A DNA stretch of 64,000 nt from the human T2T-CHM13v2.0 reference genome, Homo sapiens. Positions within the stretch are counted from its first letter, which is position 1; each line of letters starts with the position of its first letter. The stretch lies in NCBI RefSeq assembly GCF_009914755.1, contig NC_060934.1. One strand, given 5' to 3'. The notes under the pieces were generated by a model, which searched no databases, was not told the origin of the DNA, and saw only the letters and a program-made list of their open reading frames with translations. A program made the position numbers and the translations under genes. Positions 41,462 to 58,784 of this stretch are shown in pieces.

Positions 41462-42030
41462 CCCAGCGGCACCAGGACAGCAGGGCAGGACCCATGGCAG
41501 CACTGGCTCTGCCTGCTGAAATACCAGCTGTCATCATCGAAGCTTGTAAACCACCGTGGAAAAGGAAGGAAACCAGCATTCTGGAACCCCAGTGACAACT
41601 TGGTCCAAAATACCAGTTGACATTTTTAGCCAAATCCATGATTGTTCTGAAAAACCAGAATCATCAGAAAAAAATCAATGAAGTCCAATTTCATGCAAGA
41701 TAAGAACTACACACAACCCATTTCTGATTTCTTTTTCCCCCAGGCATGGATTTTGCAGCTGGTAGTCATTTCCTTGACCCTTTTCCCCCGTCTCTCAGTT
41801 GATTGCTTATTGGCACCTTCCTTAAAGAATAGGACCAAAGAAAAAAGATGTAAAATATAGATCCAATCGACCCTTGCATCTGAGAGTTAGTCATTTATTA
41901 AACTCCAGATGTGGTGTGGTAAGGCTAAAAAGTCATTACGCTAAAATAATTATTGGAGAATTGAGATTTTTTTTCAGGGAATCACATGGTTGTCTATTTT
42001 ATCTGGCTTCTTATCAGCTGGTTTTTATAG

Positions 42031-42375
<345 letters not shown>

Positions 42376-42601
42376 ATAAAGTGATTTCTTGTTTTGATAT
42401 TCTTGGAGTTAATTGTTATTTAGGGTTTACTCTGCTTTCCAATGGAAGGCTAATAACGATCAGTAGAAAAGAGTGAAAATTAATATCCAAAATGAACTGT
42501 GATCTCTAATGCATCAGGAAAATTCCACATCATTTTCACTAGTATTTTATCTTAACTCTACATACAGAAGGATATTGTACTATGCATTGCTTACTACTTA
42601 C

Positions 42602-42682
42602 CCTCTTATTTCCACCTGCGCTACAGCAGTGATGTTGATTTGCAGGCTCACAAAATTGCTGTCTGGATTGTCCTTGTTGGAA
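42602..42682 (-). CDS. ITGA8: Integrin alpha-8 coding exon (probably exon 23), 81 nt
   Basis: (S)SNKDNPDSNFVSLQINITAVAQVEIR(G). tgttttag|T ... GG|gtaagt, phase 2-2. Confidence 0.95.
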
Positions 42683-42883
42683 CTAAAACACAAGGACATG
42701 TGATTTAAATCTATCTGCTCAGGAGTATTATTACAATATATGATCATAAAAAACATTCTACATATCACAGGAGAACACACGTTACTAACCTGATCATTCA
42801 GGATACAAGTGTATTCATTCTCCAAAATCGTAACCATTTGTACAGAGAAATGCTAAGATCTTTTATGATCAATAGTAATGTAA

Positions 42884-43237
<354 letters not shown>

Positions 43238-45781
43238 AAAACTAACACTTTTTTAAATGGCTAAACCAAAAATGTATTGAACTGAGCTCATTTTGCAGCT
43301 TCTACCTTTGACAAATTCCTTAACATCTCTGCGCATATCATGTTCATTGCCCATTAAATAGGAAGTAACAACACAGCCAACTCCTGATTTTCCTTGCTAA
43401 TAAAGAGAAGAACTGGCATGAATAATGCAGAGAAATACATAATCGAAACAGCATTTGTGTTTGGCTCTGGGATGCATCATACCATGCACTGGCTTGGCAG
43501 CAATTTCATCTTCCTAACGGTTTATTTCTTCAGTTAGTATTAAAATAAGCATATATTCACTGCATACTCACCAGCTAACTAGGACAAGGAGTTGGAGGGT
43601 ATTTTAAAAGACCAGTTTAAATAACACACTTTTCATTACCCACAATACCCTGAATATAGACCCAAGGAAGTTGGCCAGTTCATAAACAGGCAATTAGGAG
43701 ATGACATGGATATTTACAAAATGCATTAAGAGTGTCTAGATAGAAGGTGTGTGTTTAACAACATTTCTTTGAACAGTGGCAAAATTATTTTTTAAGTTTG
43801 CTGGGGTTTTTTCTCTCCAGCAAATATAATTAGATATGAAACAACTTTTAAAAATGCATGGGTTTCAAAATGTGTGTGCTATAAGGAAAATAAAACGTAC
43901 TTCACAAAGAGGCTCAACCAGTAACTGAGTTTTGGAGGTAGCTTCCATCTGAATTTTATAATCCTATTATGCTTTTACTGAAGTCACTAAAAACTTAGGC
44001 AGCTTTTAGCAAACCGAGACACAGCCACATCACCACTAACAGGTCATGTTTATATTCAGGTGTCATTAGGAAGAGAAGGCCTCCTCTTTTTTCATCATCA
44101 AACCTCACTCTGATTCGATGGACAAGCTCTAGCACCAAGATGATGGTAATGCGGTAGGTTGTGACTAGCTTTTGAAGCTTTCCAAATGCGAGAGCTGGAA
44201 AGGATATGATAAAATTCTGCTTTCAAAGCAGGAGGCGGCAGAATTGTTCCCATGATGCTTTTGAAAAGTCCTGGCCGATTGTATATAATGATAAGACAAC
44301 TTAAACTGCAACCACACATAAAAGATATAAACAGGCAAATGTCAGGCTCATTTCCTGGAATGGAGCATCGCCACTAAACCCATGACCGAGCTTAAGGGAC
44401 TTGTTCACCAGAGGCTGAACCCCAGTTTCCAGGCCATTTTATTAAGATCACATCTGGGATCAGTCAACTAAACAAATGTGTGTGTGTGTTTTTAAGGCAG
44501 TGTTCTGAATTCTAACCATTAAGAAGTAATTAAGTAATTTTACTTATTGTAGACTTTATGGTTCCAAATATATTATGGGTAATTCTTCAGTTTGGAAATT
44601 TAAATATATTTGTGCCACAGATTAACCAGACTTTTTTCTATTTCTAGTTCACTACTGCTTGGCAGCCGTGGAAATTAGAATTACGAAAAAACAAAGTTTC
44701 ATTTAAGTTATTGCATAATTCTATTGTATTTTCTTCCCAAGTGGTTTCAATAACACAGTTTTCATTACCCACAATACTCTGAGTATGTAAATAGACATTG
44801 AACATTGAAATCATCCTTGAAAACAATCTAACATGAGGCTTTTAGAGGCTGTTTTGAAATGCAGCAGGAACAGCAGCAAACTCTGAGTCCAGACCTTCTG
44901 GTCGGCTAATCAAAATCATCTTTTGTCACACAGACTTGCCATGACACTTGCTACTGCATACTAGCGGTGTCAGCAATATCTCTTGTAAGAAAGGAACCAG
45001 GCTTGAGAAATAACTTGGATGCTTCCTTGACCTCTTTCCTGAAAGGAAAGCTCCCTCACTAATACCGCTGCTACATCCAAACAAGCCATCCATCACCGCC
45101 ATGGAAGCTGAACTATTTAAACTGTTGGTGCTGGTTCTACACAAGGAATGATGAATTTCCTCTCTACAACTGCACCCTATGTTATATACTATGGATAGAC
45201 ATGTTTTTCACTTTATTACTCCAATGCTATTTTCTTTTTCCTTACTATTTCCTATTTCCTGCATTCTAACATTCCCTCTATGCTTTCTGTGGTCTTTGGA
45301 ATGTCAGCAAAGATAACACAGTATTCATCTCACCATTACTAAGGAAGAAACTCTGAGGACAGTCACCAAGACCTGTTTGTATGTGGCAATTGCAATCTGA
45401 GACCCGTTGTACACAGGGAGGAAAATGTTTATGTCGTGTAGAGTGAGGGCATGGAGAGACCGCTTAATGCAAATATTTGGTAACAGGAAATATTTTAAGT
45501 TTACTAACATATAAAGCCCATTTCTCTCTTGACTTCTATTTGTGGAAAAGGGATTCATTAAATGCAGGTCATGGCAGTCAATATATGCCTGTAAGAGTTT
45601 AGACTTCAGAACATTTGGTTTAATTTATTTTTGGCTTAAACACATTTAAACCAAATGCAAAACCATCCATTTAGATCCTTATTTACAGCTTTGGAGTCAG
45701 CCAGCAAAGCATGCAGATAAATGCTCACCTCTCAAATACCCTAGTAATTGAGTTTTTACAGTGTTTTACTCAAACGCTGTA

Positions 45782-46080
<299 letters not shown>

Positions 46081-47421
46081 TCAAACACTGTATTCTTGCT
46101 TTTATATGTATAATACATGTTTTGGGAATTTAATGCTGTATGTATATTCCAGTTCTTTCTGCATTTCTGCATCTTTATATTTTTTAAGGGTAATGTTAAA
46201 ATAGTCCTGAGTAGAAATGGAATGTAATCAGTCATGACCCTTTGTTTTAGATGAAGGGGAATGTTAAAAACGTGGCCACTTCTACTTTACAGCAAATTCG
46301 GCACTTCATTACTGAATTCATTATTTCAATGATGATCTACAGGATGGACTCGGGGAAGCCATCTAGAACACTACCTTGTGTCTTTTGCTTCTTAGATGAA
46401 CTAGTAATTGCATCCATTCTCTTTTGTAACTTCAACCAAGAGCGAGGAGGAAATATCAATGAATTTGCTTTGTACCAGACTTCTTTTCTATATAAAGGTT
46501 GTGTATTTTATGAGAGATGTATCTTTCCACAGGTGACACAAAGCTTCATGTCACTGGAGGATCAATGGCACAGACAATGATGCAGAGGAATAGAAACTTC
46601 AGGTTACTGTCTGGAGGGATGGTGGTCCTTTGCCATGACGTGTTTTGTTTGTTTTTGTTTTTTTTCTTAAGATACTTAGAAATATCAACAGAAGATTTCC
46701 AAAATAAAAATATTTAGGGCTACCTAAACCTTTGATATATTTTTACAGATACAAAGAAATGATTTAACATGCTTTTGGTAAAATGAAGGAATATTACAGA
46801 AGAATTTATTCCATCTGTATCCCATCACTAAATTTTATCCAGATTTTAAGAACCTAAAATTCAGCAGAAAATGTCTAAGTTAAATTCAAGAAAGATTTCA
46901 TTAAGGTCAGAAATGAACAGCTCAAGTAAGTTGAGAAAACCTTCCTCTCTAGAAATCTATACAAAGTTTGGGGTGGGAGAATAATTTGTGACATGGGTTG
47001 TGGATTTTTAAAATCTGCTACATTCTTACAGAGTTTATATATTTTTAAAAAATCCTAAGCCTTTTATTGAAGTAGCTATTTAAAAATTAATCCATTGCAT
47101 GGAGTCATTATTCTAAAAGTTATCACACTCTAATGGTACTTCTTGCAAGATATTAAGATAAACTTAGAAATTAACCATCTTGCACACTAGTATTTGAGAC
47201 TCAAATTGTGGATACTGACTTCATATTCATTTAATAGTTAGAGCAAGGGTTCAACATGCCAGGCAAGGTATAAATAAATATAGAAGGCTTTCATGTCCTG
47301 TTTACATCAGAGATTTTCAAACTTTTTAAGCTGCAGACCACAAAAAATACATACATCTCACTAGACATCTTACTACACATATTTATACTTACTGAAAGGA
47401 ATATTTCATGAGCTGTATTAA

Positions 47422-47468
47422 TATATATTATATTATATTATATTATATTATATTATATTATATTATAT
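47422..47468. repeat. (TATTA)n microsatellite, possibly inside an old hAT element at about 47308-47565
   Basis: About 8 pentamer units. Confidence 0.85.
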
Positions 47469-48242
47469 GTTACTTTCCATTCAATTTCCTTTTAATGTGG
47501 ATCTAGAGCCATTAAACTGATTCCATTACCCAGCCAATGGGTTTAAGTTCACAGCTGGGAAGCCCCAGCCCAAATGCCACACTACTACTTTCTTCAGGTC
47601 TTCCTGTTCACGAAATATTATTTTCAGCCACAAAGGAGCAGACAGAATAGGTGGTAAGAGGGTAAAGTTACAGCTGAATTCTCAAACAGCATCAGCCTTA
47701 GAAAAGAGAGGCAGCTACCTATATGGCTCTGCTTATCATTGCTAGAGAAGGGCTTGCCCTCAAAATGGAGTATCTCACCTGCATCCTGCCACAGTGCGCA
47801 TAGGTAAGCCATCAGAGATTCATTCATTCTTGAAAATTGAAGAGACTTCAGGATGGCCATTGCAAAATCTATGCTTTTTCTTTCACAGACTTTGTTCTCA
47901 GGGACTAGCTGATGCCCAGCTGAGAGCATGGGAATTAGGGTGGGGAAAGACATGTGCTTTGGAATGAGGAAAAGTGGAAGTAAAGCAGGTGGGAGGGTGC
48001 CCAGGACAAAATTTTGCTATCTCATAACTTGGTCTGTATAATTCAATCTCTTTTTCAAAACCCCTAAAATGTTGAAATTACTGAAACAATTGAGAAAAAC
48101 AAAGAAGAAATGGGCTGTGAAAGTCTGGGTTCTAATTTCAGGTGAGCTTTTAAGGCCAAGGGCCTTGACAGATGACATCATTTCACTGTGGATCTCTTTT
48201 CTTTTGACTGCTGTCAACGATATAGGCATGTAAAGGTCTAAC

Positions 48243-48322
48243 CTTCTGATTTGGAGATCGAAGTTAATGCTCATGTTTGTTTTCTCAAGACGTGGAACTG
48301 CAAATCGGAGGCCCAGGGAATA
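48243..48322 (-). CDS. ITGA8: Integrin alpha-8 coding exon (probably exon 22), 80 nt
   Basis: YSLGLRFAVPRLEKTNMSINFDLQIR(S). ttttttag|TAT ... AG|gttaga, phase 0-2. Confidence 0.95.
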
Positions 48323-48611
48323 CTAAAAAATAAAATAAAATCACACAAGAGTAGCTTGTACACAACATAAAAATATTTTGTAAGTCATTCCTGCAAAACC
48401 CCACCCTGGATCACTGTAACTCTTTCCTTTGTTCTGCTTCTACCCCAGGTGGCTGAGAGCCAAGAGAAGTCATGCAATGAACTACAGGCCCCAGAAGATT
48501 CAGGTCACAGTACAGGTTGGTTCTCTCTCTCCATTTAGTCCTATACTGCCTCTTCTCCTGCCACCTTTTTGTGTGTTAAATTGAAAATAATCCAAATATA
48601 TGAGAAGACAC

Positions 48612-48909
<298 letters not shown>

Positions 48910-49314
48910 AGAAATTGACTTAGAAAACTATGATGCTTCTGTTTGATGGACATTTATGTAGTCATTGAAATTATAGCTGTGAAGTCAACGCAACAATATG
49001 GAAAATGCTTCTAATGTAATAACAATCAACAATGAGTGAAGGTTACAATGTTTATGTGCAATGCACGTCAGCTATGGTTTTTGGTTTTAAAAGTCTACAA
49101 ATCGAAAAATTCCTCTACAGTACAGGAGTGCGGATGCGCTATAGGAAAACATTTCAGAATAATATGTTCTAGTTGAGGTTACAGTTACATGGATTACTTT
49201 TTCCTTTTAAAGGTTTCCAAATTTTTAAAACTGCTTTTATTATTTTCATAACGTGGAAATAGATAAAAACATGGGGAAAATAAATTCAATGATGATATAA
49301 ATAAGGAAGTAAAA

Positions 49315-49565
49315 ATAATAGTTAACACATCTGTAATATTATGTTACTTACTCTTCCAAGCACTGTACTATGCCTTACACACATGATCTCATGTAATCCC
49401 AAAAAGCACTCTGGGGTAGGAGCTGTTGTTGCTGACATTATACAATTGAGCAGCAACCTGAGGATTAGAGAGATGAAGTACCTTGCTCCAGGTGCATTGC
49501 AAATAAATCACAGAGCTAGAATTTAAATCCCTGCAAGCTAACTTTCAAATCTGTTATCACAGCCA
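49315..49565 (-). mobile_element. MIR
   Basis: ccaagcactgtactatgccttacac...ctcatgtaatcc...ctgaggattagagagatgaagtaccttgc. Confidence 0.7.
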
Positions 49566-49836
49566 CTATAGTATCAGAATCAAACCATTAACCAAAACTC
49601 ATATTCACATGAATCAGTAATAATATGAACGAATAATAAATCATCTCTTTTGTCATAAATCAGCAGCACCAGTTCACCAGCCCTTGCCGAATGTGCTTCG
49701 AGCTACGTACTGTCCGAATGGCTTTACATTTGTCATATCATTCATTGCTCCAAACAGTCCTACAGGTAGGTGTTTTCTCATTTCAGTGTGACTTGCTCAA
49801 AGTATCACAGCTGGTATAGCTAGTATTTAATGCTAA

Positions 49837-50157
<321 letters not shown>

Positions 50158-50517
50158 GGATGAATTTTTTTAAAAATTCCAAAGGAGCAATTTTCTGTCA
50201 GGCTCTTCTCTCCTTTTTAGAAGCCTTTTAGCTTTTTCTTGCCTTTTCTACTTGAAGAACTGCTAACGCATGCCTGAAATCTTGGGACAGGAGATATCTC
50301 CTGCAATACATTCTCTGATTCTATGGGCTGGGCCAGGCAGAATTGTTCTCCTTTTTATTCTCTGTCTCCTTTTTTACCACTCTTCCACCACTCAACTTAT
50401 GACACTGCTAATTTTGAGTTTCTTATTGAGTGAAGGTTGTATGTTTTTATCTTTATATTGCCGACTCTAGCTTAGAACCTGGCATATAGAAGCAGTGCAA
50501 TAAAAATTGCCAAAACA

Positions 50518-50852
<335 letters not shown>

Positions 50853-51801
50853 TTATTTCCAGTGATAGAAACCTTATTGTATTGCGATAGAGGCTACCTA
50901 ATGATGGTTTTCATTATAGAACAATAAGCATGGGACAAAGACCCAATGAAGGTGTGACAATTTCATACTGGTAAGAGGTGCATGTGTCCTTAACTAGTAC
51001 CAAACACCAGATCTCATGGCATTGATTTTAAAGCGCTCTTATTGACCCCACCGTTTAAAAAAATTTTCCCATGAGAAAATTTGCAACTTGTTATGAATCT
51101 TATTGGCATGTAAACATCTTATATTACTATAGCTACTCTATGGAAATGACTTTACTATTTAAAAATCAGAAGTAAAACTTCTGAATACTATCTTGAATAT
51201 TTTTTTTAAGTTAAAATACCAAGTCACTTGAAAGTGATTTTTAAAAGATAATAGATAGAACTAAACATTCCTGGCAATTTATGTTGCTTTTAAAATCTTT
51301 AGCACTGCTTTTCCATTTGGAATTTTACCACAACCCACTGAGAGTATTCTTTGTAGAGTACAAAATGAAGAAGAATATAAATCAAAGTGTTTTATAACAA
51401 AACAGAATGCAATAAAATTTGATGTGTTTAAGGGCACTAAAGAATGAGATAAGAAAGCTATTAGGTTTCTTTTACTATAGACCTCAGAGATAAATGAATA
51501 TAAACAATTTACTTCCCTGACTTCTAAAGACTATTTGCTGGCAAAATGAATTGACATACTTTCACATAAACACATTTGTGATTAAGACCACACTGCCATT
51601 TTTCCTCCACTTTGAATGATACTGGTGGCCAGTTTTGTTCCAAGATTATCCTTAGATGACCTCTGGTCTAGCTGTAACACTTCTAATACTGAAAAAGGAA
51701 CGAGTGGTCCATCATCTACAGATGCTGACACTGTTACTACCACCTCAATTCATTTCTCTTTTGTCTTAGGTAACCCTCTTCATATTAAATTAGGCCATTG
51801 A

Positions 51802-52085
<284 letters not shown>

Positions 52086-52274
52086 GGCGGTTGGATTTTT
52101 CTCAAAAAACTAGCAAAACGATTCATTACCTTCCAGATAAAAGGACTATGATAGTGAAAAATGTTCTAATATCTCAGTGTAAACATCCCATTCTCTCTTT
52201 CAATGCTTCATTTTGAAGTCTCATCTGTTATTCATTTGTTTTTTATCCAAGGGCTTTTCACCATGTTGCAGACG

Positions 52275-52450
52275 GGATAGAACATGGGCTTTGCTGTAAG
52301 ACTTGGTTTGAATCTTGTTCTAACCTTTACCCTCTGTGAGGCTTTGGCCAATTCATCTGACTTCTCTGAGCTTCAGTTTCCTCATCCATAAAATAAAGAA
52401 AATACTTGACTCACAGGGTTGTTTTGAAAATTCAATAAAATAACGTAAAA
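52275..52450 (+). mobile_element. MIR
   Basis: acttctctgagcttcagtttcctcatccataaaat core. Confidence 0.75.
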
Positions 52451-53224
52451 AACTCCCCTCCTCCCAGCGATGCGTTTATAACCTAGAGGACAATCAATCC
52501 ATGGTAACCAATAATAATATGTCATGGGAATGTACTTGCCATTGAAATATTTATTTATTTTTGCCCCAAGAAGTGAGCTTACTGTAGTTTCAGCACATTT
52601 TTGAATACCCAAGATCAACGCAACATTATAGCATAAAAGAGCAAAAATATCATTCTAGCATAATATTCTAACTTGAGAAAAGTTTCAAATGCTCAAGCAA
52701 AAGTATGAAACATCAGGCTAAAAGGTTTATTAACTGAAAGACTTATCAGCATCTTTAAAATGCAAATACATACCTGAATCTCCCTTGAAAAGGGAATTCT
52801 ATGGTCACTGTTGAATGTCATGTCCTTCCTTTAATTGCCATTGCTAAAATCTTTGTCCTAATTTGGTTATTTTTAGAGTCTTTAACTTACATTGCATTTC
52901 TTTTTGAATTCAAAGAAAAAGTATTTAAAGAAAATATCTATAGTAAAAACAAAGTCTGTATAAAATTGTTGTAACTAAAAGACAGGCAAGAGTAATGTAT
53001 AAAGAGAAAGCATAGAAGAGCATGCATCTTTCTGTGTTTTTAGCTTGAGACGATTCACTCTGTGTAGGTTATAATGTGAAATCCCACTACTCTGGCAATT
53101 TCCTGCCTAATTTGTTGTTGCTGCTAGGTGCTGAGTTGCTGAGTGGTAACTGGAGAGCTTTCCATTTGTTCCCTGTGAAGTCCAGTTAGAAGGAAATCAG
53201 TCAGTATTTCTGGTTCTCTCTTAC

Positions 53225-53317
53225 ATTTGTTCCAGACACCATAGGGTTCCCAAGGTCACACACCACCATCCTGGTTACATTTTCCATCTTGTACTCACAG
53301 CTCAGTGGTCGAAATCC
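53225..53317 (-). CDS. ITGA8: Integrin alpha-8 coding exon (probably exon 21), 93 nt
   Basis: GFRPLSCEYKMENVTRMVVCDLGNPMVSGTN, with the CDLGNPM motif. ttgtag|GGA ... AAT|gtaaga, phase 0-0. Confidence 0.96.
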
Positions 53318-55639
53318 CTACAATTGCAAAGAACAGGGGGTTTAGGGGGCAGGATAAATGACATCCTGACACAAAAGCCATGCTGGGGGCCTGGGAGCTC
53401 CCCTGGATCTCAAACACCCAGGAGGGCGATAGTGCAAAAAAAGTAATTGATGACCCTTAACTCAGAAGAGAAAATGGAGAGAGAAAAGTAAAAGTTAAAT
53501 TTTAGAAATAAATGTGTTGGGTAGGTAAGCATATTTATTGTGTTTCATTAAGGAAGACAATGCATAATATAGTATTTATATAAATAGCTTAGACAATATC
53601 TTCACTAAGATTAATGTGAAACTCAGGGCATGAAAATCACAAATTATTAAACATGAGTAAATAAATTTATTCTATTAAGCCTTCCAAAAACAAAATGATC
53701 ATAATGTGTATAGATTATCATATGATTCAATGACCATTTGCCAGATAATTGCCTTGAACACAAATTTCTATACACCATGGTCCCGTTTTGAGATCATGCA
53801 ATCGACTTTCTTCTGTTCTTCAGTATTTCAGATGTAAAGAGAATACCTTCATGTTTAGCAGTACTTCCTATTTCCTTTCCTTCCCTTATATCCTATTCCA
53901 AGTAGAGTTCATACAAACTGAAGTTAGAAGAGGTTCTTGAAGCTATATACTGGACAAATTCTCAAGGTTGAACAGATGAGAGGGGAAATACAGATTTGTT
54001 CTGGAACAGTTGCCCTTGGCTTCCAGCTCCTCTTCATGTCCGCATGCTTTTCCCAGTTGCTCAGAAACCCACCCCTCACTCTCTACCCTATTCTTTTCCC
54101 ATACCGCAAACCCTATGGTCCCGCTCTGCATGCAGCCATAGCTACTTACATTTTTCCATTATTTCAGTCTAACTTGTTATGTGCCATCGATATATTATCC
54201 ATCACCTTTGTTCCAAAAGGTAAGCTTGCAATATGAGGACTTTCATAAAACAGCAAATTTGGGGGGAATTTCTGTCCCTGTGATAGGTTCGGAAGAGGGT
54301 TCTCAATATAATGACCATTTATCCATCTGTCAGCTCTATTGAAATTTTATTTTATTTTTTATTTGTTTTTTTGTCCTTTTCTGTTATCTATTGAAATTTT
54401 AGGTAAGAGAATAATATAAAATTTCAGAAATGATCTTCCATTCCCTTCTATTTTATTAACAAAAGCCCAAACCGAAAACCCAAGCAAAAAACATGAAACA
54501 TTCCCCAGACATCTAGCTAAAGAATTCTGTAGGTAAACCACACACTTTGAGAATATAAGCTTCAAGAAGGCAGAGGTTTTTGTGTCTGTTCTAGTCCTAA
54601 TGCCTAGAGCAAACTTGGACACAAAGTAAGTGATGGTTCAGGAACAACAGAGTAGAGGCAGCTGACACTTTCTTGTAAAAGAGAAGGCTACAATGAAACA
54701 GACAAGTATGCAACCAAGTATAAAACCCTGCCCCCAGAATCCCCAGATACACAGACACATGGAAATATCTGTCCTAGTTATTGAGAAAGGAATGGATCAC
54801 TAATATTTGGAGGCACAATTTAATACATCCTCTCTTCAAATATCCTGAAAGACAGTTAGTTACGTCGGATGAGCTAAAAAACATCTTTTCAAAAAGGTGG
54901 TAATATTCTTTCTTCTCAAAGTTAGGTTTAGTATGTCTTCAGCTCCTTAAGGATCCATAACTAACCGCTAATCATACAGAGATGCTTTGTGTTGGGATTA
55001 TTAACTCAGTCATGAAAACAGAAAGAACAAAACCCAGAAAAATCTTTCGTAAGTCCTCATATGTCCCTTGAATTACATTCAAGGATTTAGTTTCTATAGT
55101 AAATTTTTTTTTTTTTAAATCTCACCTAAAGGTTAAAAGTTATATGTACAGTTTTTCCCCAGTTTTCTGGAAATAGTTCTTTGACATCACTCAAAGAGTT
55201 TTTTCTCCCTTTCACATCCCCTCCACCCTTTTTCTTTTTTTAGGCATTATTTCCTCTCGTTAATAAGAGGAACAATGACTTTTTATGGACATTTCTAGAT
55301 TATTTTCCTCTGCAGTTTCTGGGACATTCTTGTTCTAATCCATTTATAGCTCTTAGAGTGTTCTTCATTCACTGAAAATATTAACTGTGTACCCACTATT
55401 TACCAGGCCTGACAAATGAGACCCCTTGTCCTCACTGAATTCTTAATTATTTTAACAACGTAACAAGTAATTCTAAGCAATTATAACAGCAGTGGAAACA
55501 CACAATTGCAGCAGAGTTGGGAAATTTTATGATAGGATAAATAAATAGTGACAAAGGAGGACCTGCACATAGATCCAAGCAATCAGAGAAGGCATCCTGG
55601 AGGAAGTGGCATCTAAGCTGATGGGGGCAGTGCATATCA

Positions 55640-56348
<709 letters not shown>

Positions 56349-56414
56349 CCTCAATTATTATTGTCTCAACTATTATTAAGCCTCAATTTTTATTAAGTCT
56401 CAATTATTATTTGA

Positions 56415-56850
56415 AGGATGAGTAGAAAGAATTGAAAATAAGTAGGATAGATAAAGAGGATGAGGGAGCAGAGTTAGTGTGTTGGGAGGAGAAACGGCTG
56501 GAACAAGCTCTCCGTGTCATTACAGGAATGGAAAAGGAACTCAAGCCAGCTGGAAGCGTCAGCATTTAGCGATGAGGCTGAAGAGGTGAGTGGGGGTGAT
56601 ATGATCAAGGGTCTCATGCATTATCTGAAGGATTTGGATCTTATCCTCAACGCAATGGGGAGCTAGTGAGGATTTGAAGACAGTACCATGCTCAGATTTG
56701 TAATTTAGAAAGATGGATTTTTTTCTAGGTTAGAGGTAAGGAGTTGGCAAGACAAACTAGGAAGACTGTTGCAATAATCTGGGCAAAAGATCATGGCAGC
56801 CTGGATGAAGGTGGTGACAGTGGCTGTTGGATGGACTCAGTCCACAATCT
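56415..56850 (-). mobile_element. L2 remnant
   Basis: aaggatttggatcttatcctcaacgcaatggggag...aggaagactgttgcaataatctgggc. Confidence 0.65.
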
Positions 56851-56976
56851 CTCTAGTTCATATCCTTCTCTCCATCCAACTGCTACTGTCATCACCCTCA
56901 TCCAGGCTGGCATCACTTTAGGTATTAGAAGCCAGGGGATGCTGATGTCATTCTTGTACATAGAAAATGAAAGGGA

Positions 56977-57382
<406 letters not shown>

Positions 57383-57389
57383 CTAGAAT

Positions 57390-57615
57390 CGTTCACAGAG
57401 ACAGAAAGTAGAATGGTGCTTACCAGGGCCTGGGGAGAGGGAGCAATGGGGAATTATTTTTAAGGGTTGCAGAGGTTCAGTTTGGAATGATGTAAAAGGT
57501 CTGGAGATGGACAGTGCTGATGGTTGCACTACCACGTAAATATAATGTCACTGAACTGCGCACTTGAAAATGGCTAAAATGATAAATTATATCTTACATG
57601 TATCTTACTACTATC
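57390..57615 (+). mobile_element. L1MB-type 3' end
   Basis: cagagacagaaagtagaatggtg...ctggagatggacagtgctgatggttgcac...cactgaactg. Confidence 0.8.
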
Positions 57616-58473
57616 ATAATGATGATGATGATGATGATAAATATAAAACATATACACCTTTTTTCACAGAAAAATTAAGGAGAAAAATCACCAAAAGGAA
57701 ATATAAAGGCTGGCTCAACTAAGGTTTCCTAGAGCAAGAGATGATAAGCATTTACATTTTCTAAAAAGACGAATGTTTTCAACAAAACAATAGCCAACCT
57801 TACAATCAGATAATGCCTAATATTTTTCCCCTTGAGGAAAAAATGGTTAAAAAATCTTGAACTGAGTTGAAATCAAAAGGTACACAAACCTCAAACTGTT
57901 TCCAAACAAGGAAGAAATTAGAATGTGGCTTAGTCACGTAAAATTCAAAGACTGAGTGAAGTCTCTGCCAAAGGGAAATTGACAGAGAAAAAAGTAGTGA
58001 AGGAATCATTTGAGATTACAGATAATGTCCCTTGTAATGTTTACAGCCAAAGATAGACTCCTAAGTGCTCTCCTGTGTTTTCTATGCAACAAAGCCAACA
58101 GTAAACTGGATGTTCTGCTAAAAGAACATTTTAGAATAGGTCCTTTGTTTAGTGAAGTCAGGGGTGGAGTGACAAGAAGGGAATTGAAATAAAAATATGA
58201 GTGGAGCTCTGGAATATTAAAAACAAAACATACTCAAGCTTTGTTTTTGAGTTTGTTTATGCGTTATCTGCAGGTAAGTATTTGTAGACGTCATTTTTCT
58301 TTCTGTTTTTGCTTGTAGAGATTTTATTATGAAATGACATCTTCAAATCAAAGTGGTTATTAAACACCATTTTTATAAGTTGTGTGTATAATTACTTCCT
58401 TTATTCTTACTTATTTTTATCTTAAAGTGACTTTAATAGAGAAATGAAGAGGATTAAAAAAAATCACATAATT

Positions 58474-58784
58474 GGCGGGGCAAGGATGGCTCGTGCCTAT
58501 AATATCAGCGCTTTGGAAGGCCAAGGTGGGTGGACCGCCTGACCCCAGGTGTTCAAGACCAGCCTGGGCCATATAGCAAAACCCCCTCTCTACAGAAAAT
58601 ACAAAAATTAGCCAGGCATGGTGGTGCACACCCGTAGTCCTAGCTACTCAGGAGGCTGAGATGAGGGTTTTGCTTGAGCCCAGGAATCGGAGGTTGTAGT
58701 GAGCTATGATCACGCTGCTGCACTCCATCCTGGGAAACAGAGCAAGACCCTGTCTGAAAAAAAAAAATACAAGAAAGAAGAAAA
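58474..58784 (+). mobile_element. Alu (AluJ-like)
   Basis: Diverged full-length dimer. Confidence 0.88.

Noticed and set aside
45094-45151. Strong Kozak caccgccATGG opening a 16-aa ORF (MEAELFKLLVLVLHKE) on +
   Set aside because: No promoter, CpG island or other transcript evidence. One such match in 64 kb is unremarkable.
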